Positions 27,581-32,000 of a stretch of DNA of 32,000 bases are shown here, in pieces. Each line of letters begins with the position of its first letter. Position 1 is the stretch's first letter. A model generated the notes under the pieces. That model worked only from the letters and a program-made list of their open reading frames with translations, was not told the DNA's origin and made no database searches. The position numbers were made by a program, and so were the translations under genes. Source of the DNA: an uncultured Erysipelotrichaceae bacterium (lineage in GTDB: Bacteria; Bacillota_I; Bacilli_A; Erysipelotrichales; Erysipelotrichaceae); NCBI GenBank assembly GCA_942493105.1, contig OW818668.1:420001-452000 (forward strand), read 5' to 3'.

Positions 27581-27606
27581 GATCGACAGAAATGTCGGTC
27601 TTTTTT
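27581..27606 (+). terminator. Plus-strand hairpin plus T6 inside the IS end, oriented into the element
   Basis: GATCGACA-gaaa-TGTCGGTC with one G:U pair, followed by TTTTTT. It overlaps the orfB stop codon. Confidence 0.4.
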
Positions 27607-28573
27607 ATGTAATCAACTGAAATTGATGAATCACTGCTGGTAATAATCGTTTCTGATGAGTTGGATTGGTTATATAATCGTCATATTCGTGAGGGGTCAT
27701 CCGATTAAGATCCCATTGAGGTCGATCATAATTATAATAGTTGATGTATGAAATAAGGTACTCAGCCAATCGTTCATAAGAATTGATTTTAGATAATTCG
27801 AGTTCGGTTTTAAGCACGGCGTAGAAGGATTCTTGTGGGGCATTATCCCAACAGTTTCCTCGCCTAGACATCGATTGAGTAATGTCATGCTTAGAGAGAA
27901 GATCCTGATAGGCGATACTGGTGTAATGACTTCCTTGATCAGAGTGAAGGATGACTCCCATATGAAGTTCCCCACAGTAATTCTCCAGAAGCTGATTCAC
28001 TGTATTGATCACGAAATCCAACTCAAGGGTCGATGAGAGCTGCCAGGCTAAGATCTTCTTAGTCATGGCGTCTTTGATGGTGGATACGTAAGCTCGCTTC
28101 CATTGCCGTAGGTGATATAAGTGATGTCGGTCAATAAGGTCTTCTTGGCACTGCCTTGCGAGAAGTTTCGATCTAAGATGTTACTGAAGACTTTGTTGCT
28201 GTCTTTGGGCTCTAAGTATCGCTTTGACTGGGTTTGCTTTTCGAATTGGACAGATTAGTTCGTACTTACTCATCAGCCGATGGATCCTTTTGAGGTTCAT
28301 AATGACCTGATAATCCCTCTCAAGCCTCATTTTGATCTGTTTGGCCCCTTTTTTGAACCCTTCATAATCATAAGCTGCTTTGATTGCGATAAAGTCGAGT
28401 TGATCCTTCATTTCTCTTTCACCCATCGTTAGTCTTCGTTTCTTATAAGCGTAGTACCCAGATCGAGATACGCTCGCTTGGGTACACATATATTTTATGT
28501 CCAGTCGATTCTTTCTTCGACCTTCCATTTCCCATATGATATTGAATCGCTTTTCTGCGCTGAGTTTTTTTAC
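27605..28573 (-). pseudogene. IS3-family transposase orfB (DDE/rve integrase core), disrupted by two compensating frameshifts
   Basis: ORF 28181-28528 (..VSRSGYYAYKKRR..) and ORF 27605-28066 (..HSDQGSHYTS..RRGNCWDNAPQESFY..) share one frame. The segment between them reads NILDRNFSQGSAKKTLLTDITYITYGNGS, carrying the first catalytic D, only in the +1 frame. Confidence 0.8.
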
Positions 28574-28967
28574 TCCCCCTTTCCGGCGCTTTCAGCTTTT
28601 TTAAGAATTCATTCTCCTGTTCAAGGTACTCATTTCTGTCTTTTAGATATCGGTTCTCTTCCTCAGGGCTGTTAAATATTAGTTTCTTAGGTCGTCCTGG
28701 TGATTTGAGTCGCTTAAATCCTTCAGGTCGCTTTGCTTGTTTCCTTGCCCTCGCAAATATTGAGTTGAGTCGGTTTTTCCCAAAGAATTCTGAATCTATT
28801 CCTAAATCACTTAAGATTCGCTTTTGCGTTTTTCCTAGTCGACTTTCCCTTTCGATAATTGTTTTGAACTCTGATGTAAACTGAACCGAACTTTCAGATA
28901 CTTTTACGACATATTTGTTTCTTCTTAACCTCTCAATTGTCTCCGCACTGAATTTAACTTTTCCCAT
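28443..28967 (-). CDS. IS3-family transposase orfA (HTH). The 3' end is probably an artefactual out-of-frame extension.
   Basis: 174 aa. The protein ends in a leucine-zipper-like ...LEQENEFLKKLKAPERG, as in IS150 OrfA. The roughly 40 codons after that have no transposase character. Confidence 0.75.
   Translation of the reverse strand: MGKVKFSAETIERLRRNKYVVKVSESSVQFTSEFKTIIERESRLGKTQKRILSDLGIDSEFFGKNRLNSIFARARKQAKRPEGFKRLKSPGRPKKLIFNSPEEENRYLKDRNEYLEQENEFLKKLKAPERGSKKTQRRKAIQYHMGNGRSKKESTGHKIYVYPSERISIWVLRL
28596..28602 (-). other. Canonical IS3-type -1 frameshift heptamer A AAA AAG, in phase with orfA
   Basis: Minus strand reads TTA AAA AAG (L K K) in the orfA frame. Confidence 0.6.
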
Positions 28968-29015
28968 GTTTGACCTCTTTCTTAAGTATAAGAAAACCCC
29001 ACAGAACTGTCACGA

Positions 29016-29054
29016 GGTTTTTCTTTTCGTGTCTATTCTATGGGGTACAGTTTA
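29016..29054 (-). repeat. IS terminal inverted repeat (orfA-proximal end)
   Basis: Its reverse complement matches 27536-27574. Confidence 0.7.
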
Positions 29055-29076
29055 GCTTTTTGATGGTTTTATAAGA

Positions 29077-30261
29077 TTACTTAAGAATGGTAGTAACGTT
29101 ACCAGCACCAACCGTACGGCCGCCCTCACGAATTGAGAAGGTGGTTCCTTGTTCAACAGCGATCGGGGAAATCAATTCGACTTCCATTTGAACGTTGTCG
29201 CCCGGCATAACCATTTCAACGCCTGCTGGCAGTTTAATGACGCCGGTTACGTCTGTTGTACGGAAGTAGAATTGCGGACGATAGTTCGCAACGAACGGTG
29301 TATGACGACCGCCTTCTTCTTTGGACAAAACGTAAACTTGGCAAGTAAAGGTCGTATGTGGTTTTACTGAACCGGGTTTAGCCAAAACTTGGCCACGTTC
29401 GATTTCTTCACGGTTGACACCACGAAGCAATGCTCCACAGTTATCGCCAGCCAATGCAGATTCCAACGACTTACGGAACATTTCCAAACCAGTAACAACG
29501 GATTTACGGGTAGGTTTGATACCAATGATTTCGACTTCTTCGCCGACTTTGATCTGACCACGTTCAACACGTCCAGTAGCGACAGTGCCGCGTCCTGTAA
29601 TGGTGAATACGTCTTCGACCGCCATCATGAAAGGTTTGTCTGTTTCACGGGAAGGATTTGGGATGTAGCTGTCAACAGCGTCCATCAATTCCTGTAGGGA
29701 TTTTTCCCACTTAGGATCGCCTTCGCCGCCTTTTAATGCTGAACCGCGAATGACAGGCGCGTTATCGCCATCAAAGCCGTTTTTGCTTAAAAGTTCACGA
29801 ACTTCCATTTCGACCAAGTCAATGAGTTCATCATCATCGACCATGTCGCATTTGTTCAAGAAGACAACGATGTATGGAACACCAACTTGGTGAGCCAACA
29901 AGATATGTTCTCTTGTCTGAGGCATCGGTCCGTCAGTAGCAGCAACGACCAAGATCGCGCCGTCCATCTGAGCAGCTCCAGTAATCATGTTTTTAATATA
30001 GTCAGCGTGCCCTGGGCAATCTACGTGTGCATAGTGACGTGCAACAGTCGAATACTCGACGTGTGCGGTGTTGATTGTAATTCCACGGGCTTTTTCTTCA
30101 GGTGCGCCATCGATTTGGTCGTAACGCATTTCCTTAGCCATACCTTTTTTGGCCAGGTAGCGGGTGATCGCAGCAGTCAGTGTTGTTTTTCCATGGTCAA
30201 CGTGGCCAATGGTTCCAATATTTACGTGCGGCTTGGATCTGTCAAATTTTTCTTTTGCCAT
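29077..30261 (-). CDS. tuf: Elongation factor Tu
   Basis: 394 aa. [39 protein letters not shown] and NKCD. Confidence 0.99.
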   Translation of the reverse strand: MAKEKFDRSKPHVNIGTIGHVDHGKTTLTAAITRYLAKKGMAKEMRYDQIDGAPEEKARGITINTAHVEYSTVARHYAHVDCPGHADYIKNMITGAAQMDGAILVVAATDGPMPQTREHILLAHQVGVPYIVVFLNKCDMVDDDELIDLVEMEVRELLSKNGFDGDNAPVIRGSALKGGEGDPKWEKSLQELMDAVDSYIPNPSRETDKPFMMAVEDVFTITGRGTVATGRVERGQIKVGEEVEIIGIKPTRKSVVTGLEMFRKSLESALAGDNCGALLRGVNREEIERGQVLAKPGSVKPHTTFTCQVYVLSKEEGGRHTPFVANYRPQFYFRTTDVTGVIKLPAGVEMVMPGDNVQMEVELISPIAVEQGTTFSIREGGRTVGAGNVTTILK

Positions 30262-30335
30262 AATTTGTTCTCCTCCAATATGGGTTGTTAGTAAGCACTT
30301 CTATTCTATTCTAAACAAGTCCCAAAATCAAGCCA

Positions 30336-32000
30336 TTACTTTTCTTCAGCGTTCTTTTTAGCGATTTTTTCAGCAATGGATTTAGGCACTTCTGAATAGT
30401 GGTCAAACTGCATAGAATAGGAGCCACGACCTTGTGTAAAGGAGCGCAGATCGGTTGCATAACCAAACATTTCAGACAGTGGGATCTCGGCTTGGACGAT
30501 GGTTGCGTTACCGCGTTCCACCTGGTCTTTGATCTGTCCACGACGTGAACTGACATCACCCATGACAGATCCTAAGTATTCACTAGGGGCTGTCACTTCG
30601 ATGGCCATGATGGGCTCAAGGATAACTGGACTGCACTTTCTTCCGGCTTCTTTCAAAGCCATGGAAGCAGCAATCTTATAAGCCATTTCTGAGGAGTCTA
30701 CATCATGGTAGGATCCATCAAATAATGTGGCTTTGATGTCGATGATCGGATACCCGGCGATCAGTCCGTTAGGTAAGGCTGCAAGCAGACCTTCCATCGT
30801 AGGCTTGATGTATTCTTTAGGAACAGTTCCCCCCACGATGTTATCGACGAAGGTAAAGCCTTTACCGACTTCATTGGGTTCAAACTTGATCCATACGTGT
30901 CCATATTGACCACGTCCACCTGACTGACGGATGAAACGGCCTTCACATTCTGCTGTACCGCGAATGGTTTCACGATAAGCAACTTGTGGAGCACCAACGT
31001 TGGCTTCAACTTTGAATTCGCGTTTCATACGATCCACGATGATGTCTAAGTGAAGTTCGCCCATACCGGCAATGATGGTTTGTCCTGTTTCAGGATCTGT
31101 ATAGGTTCTGAATGTTGGATCTTCTTCAGCCAGCTTTTGTAAAGCAATGCCCATCTTATCGAGTTCGCCTTTGGTTTTAGGTTCAATGGCGATGTTGATG
31201 ACAGGTTCTGGGAAGATCATCTTTTCTAGGATGATGAATGCTTTTTCATCACAGAGGGTATCTCCTGTGGTGGTATCTTTTAATCCAACAGCTGCGGCGA
31301 TGTCGCCAGAGTAAACATCGGTGATTTCATTTCTGTGATTGGCATGCATTTGAACCAGTCTGGAGAAACGTTCACGATTGTTTTTGGTGGAGTTGAAGAC
31401 ATAGGATCCGGAACCGATTTTTCCGGAATAGACTCTGAAGTAGGTCAATCGTCCAATGAATGGATCAGTCATAACTTTGAATGCCAAAGCTGAAAACGGT
31501 TCCGAATCATCAGCATGTCTTACATCAGATGACCCATCTTCCTTGATGCCGGTAATGGCCGGAACATCCAGTGGAGAAGGCAAGTAATCGATAACGGCAT
31601 CCAGCATCGCTGTAACGCCTTTGTTTTTATAAGCTGCACCGCACAGAACTGGGAAGAATTCTCCAGTGATGACGGCTTTACGGATGGCTCTTTTGATTTC
31701 CTCAACACTGAGTTCATCGCCTTCCAGATATTTCATCATGATTTCTTCATCGTAATCCGCAACGATCTCAACGAGTTTAGCGCGATATTCTTCAACGCTT
31801 TCTCTCATCTCAACAGGGATTTCAGTAAATGTATCTTCCTTTGACTTATCGCCTGAGAAGATTCTGGCTTTACGTTCGATGATGTCAACCAATCCATCAA
31901 AATAATTCTCAACACCGATCGGTAATTGGATCGGGGTCGCTTTGGCACCCAAACGGGTGATCAAAGTCTTGGCTGACATGTAGAAGTCCGCTCCAGTCGC
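30336..32000 (-). CDS. fusA: Elongation factor G. Only the C-terminal ~555 codons are present; the 5' end lies beyond the window.
   Basis: The frame is open to the window edge. EF-G domain II-V motifs are present ([35 protein letters not shown]). It sits upstream of tuf, as in the str operon. Confidence 0.97.
   Translation of the reverse strand, partial: ATGADFYMSAKTLITRLGAKATPIQLPIGVENYFDGLVDIIERKARIFSGDKSKEDTFTEIPVEMRESVEEYRAKLVEIVADYDEEIMMKYLEGDELSVEEIKRAIRKAVITGEFFPVLCGAAYKNKGVTAMLDAVIDYLPSPLDVPAITGIKEDGSSDVRHADDSEPFSALAFKVMTDPFIGRLTYFRVYSGKIGSGSYVFNSTKNNRERFSRLVQMHANHRNEITDVYSGDIAAAVGLKDTTTGDTLCDEKAFIILEKMIFPEPVINIAIEPKTKGELDKMGIALQKLAEEDPTFRTYTDPETGQTIIAGMGELHLDIIVDRMKREFKVEANVGAPQVAYRETIRGTAECEGRFIRQSGGRGQYGHVWIKFEPNEVGKGFTFVDNIVGGTVPKEYIKPTMEGLLAALPNGLIAGYPIIDIKATLFDGSYHDVDSSEMAYKIAASMALKEAGRKCSPVILEPIMAIEVTAPSEYLGSVMGDVSSRRGQIKDQVERGNATIVQAEIPLSEMFGYATDLRSFTQGRGSYSMQFDHYSEVPKSIAEKIAKKNAEEK

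Larger units (their letters stand above)
27536..29054 (-). mobile_element. IS3-family (IS150-like) insertion sequence, 1519 bp, flanked by a 3-bp GCT direct repeat
   Basis: Imperfect terminal inverted repeats of about 38 bp (TAAACTATCCCC...ACACGGAAAGAAAAAC versus TAAACTGTACCCC...ACACGAAAAGAAAAAC). GCT occurs at 27533-27535 and 29055-29057. orfA and orfB lie inside, with an A AAA AAG motif. Confidence 0.85.

Noticed and set aside
28565-28571. A7 run in the IS as a transcriptional-slippage site that would fuse orfA to orfB
   Set aside because: Deleting one A in the mRNA would fuse the frames. However, 7 A is short for efficient slippage, a canonical A AAA AAG heptamer sits 25 nt upstream, and orfB carries two further frameshifts. 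Decay is more parsimonious.
29887-30291. 134-aa ORF antisense to tuf, plus antisense ORFs at 29149-29697
   Set aside because: Long stop-free antisense frames are expected opposite highly codon-biased genes. They have no RBS, the peptides are low-complexity and Ser/Val/Phe-rich, and they lie entirely inside tuf.
1-32000. Search for CRISPR arrays, defence or toxin-antitoxin modules, prophage genes, or biosynthetic clusters
   Set aside because: I saw no spaced direct-repeat arrays and no unexplained multi-gene block. Every ORF above about 100 aa outside the IS is accounted for by housekeeping, transport or translation functions, apart from one 151-aa hypothetical.

Overview
This window is core chromosome from a low-GC Gram-positive (Bacillota/Mollicutes-like) bacterium that uses the standard code, with TGA as a stop. 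Nearly every gene is on the minus strand. Gene order follows the Bacillus-type layout. Reading right to left: fusA (partial) and tuf; an IS3-family element; a plus-strand PLP aminotransferase; the complete S10-spc-alpha ribosomal cluster (rpsJ to rplQ, including secY, adk, map, infA, rpmJ, rpoA); an O-methyltransferase and a small membrane-anchored protein; ecfA1-ecfA2-ecfT-truA; a PHP phosphatase; rplM-rpsI; tRNA-Ile/Ala; a MATE efflux gene; tRNA-Asn/Glu and tRNA-Lys; and a livJHM(G) branched-chain amino-acid ABC operon. I do not see a defence island, CRISPR array, biosynthetic cluster or other clearly novel multi-gene system, so this is an ordinary housekeeping region. The items worth a second look are local anomalies:
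- ecfA1 is split by a single-base frameshift.
- A 126-nt rpsC-rplP 'spacer' reads as an out-of-frame S3 C-terminal tail.
- The IS3-family copy sits inside the bidirectional terminator shared by tuf and the aminotransferase gene, and carries at least three frame-breaking indels of its own.
- A perfect 36-bp palindrome lies just upstream of the liv promoter.
- A tRNA-Ile(GAT)/tRNA-Ala(TGC) pair stands outside any rRNA operon.
- rpmD (L30) is absent from its canonical slot.
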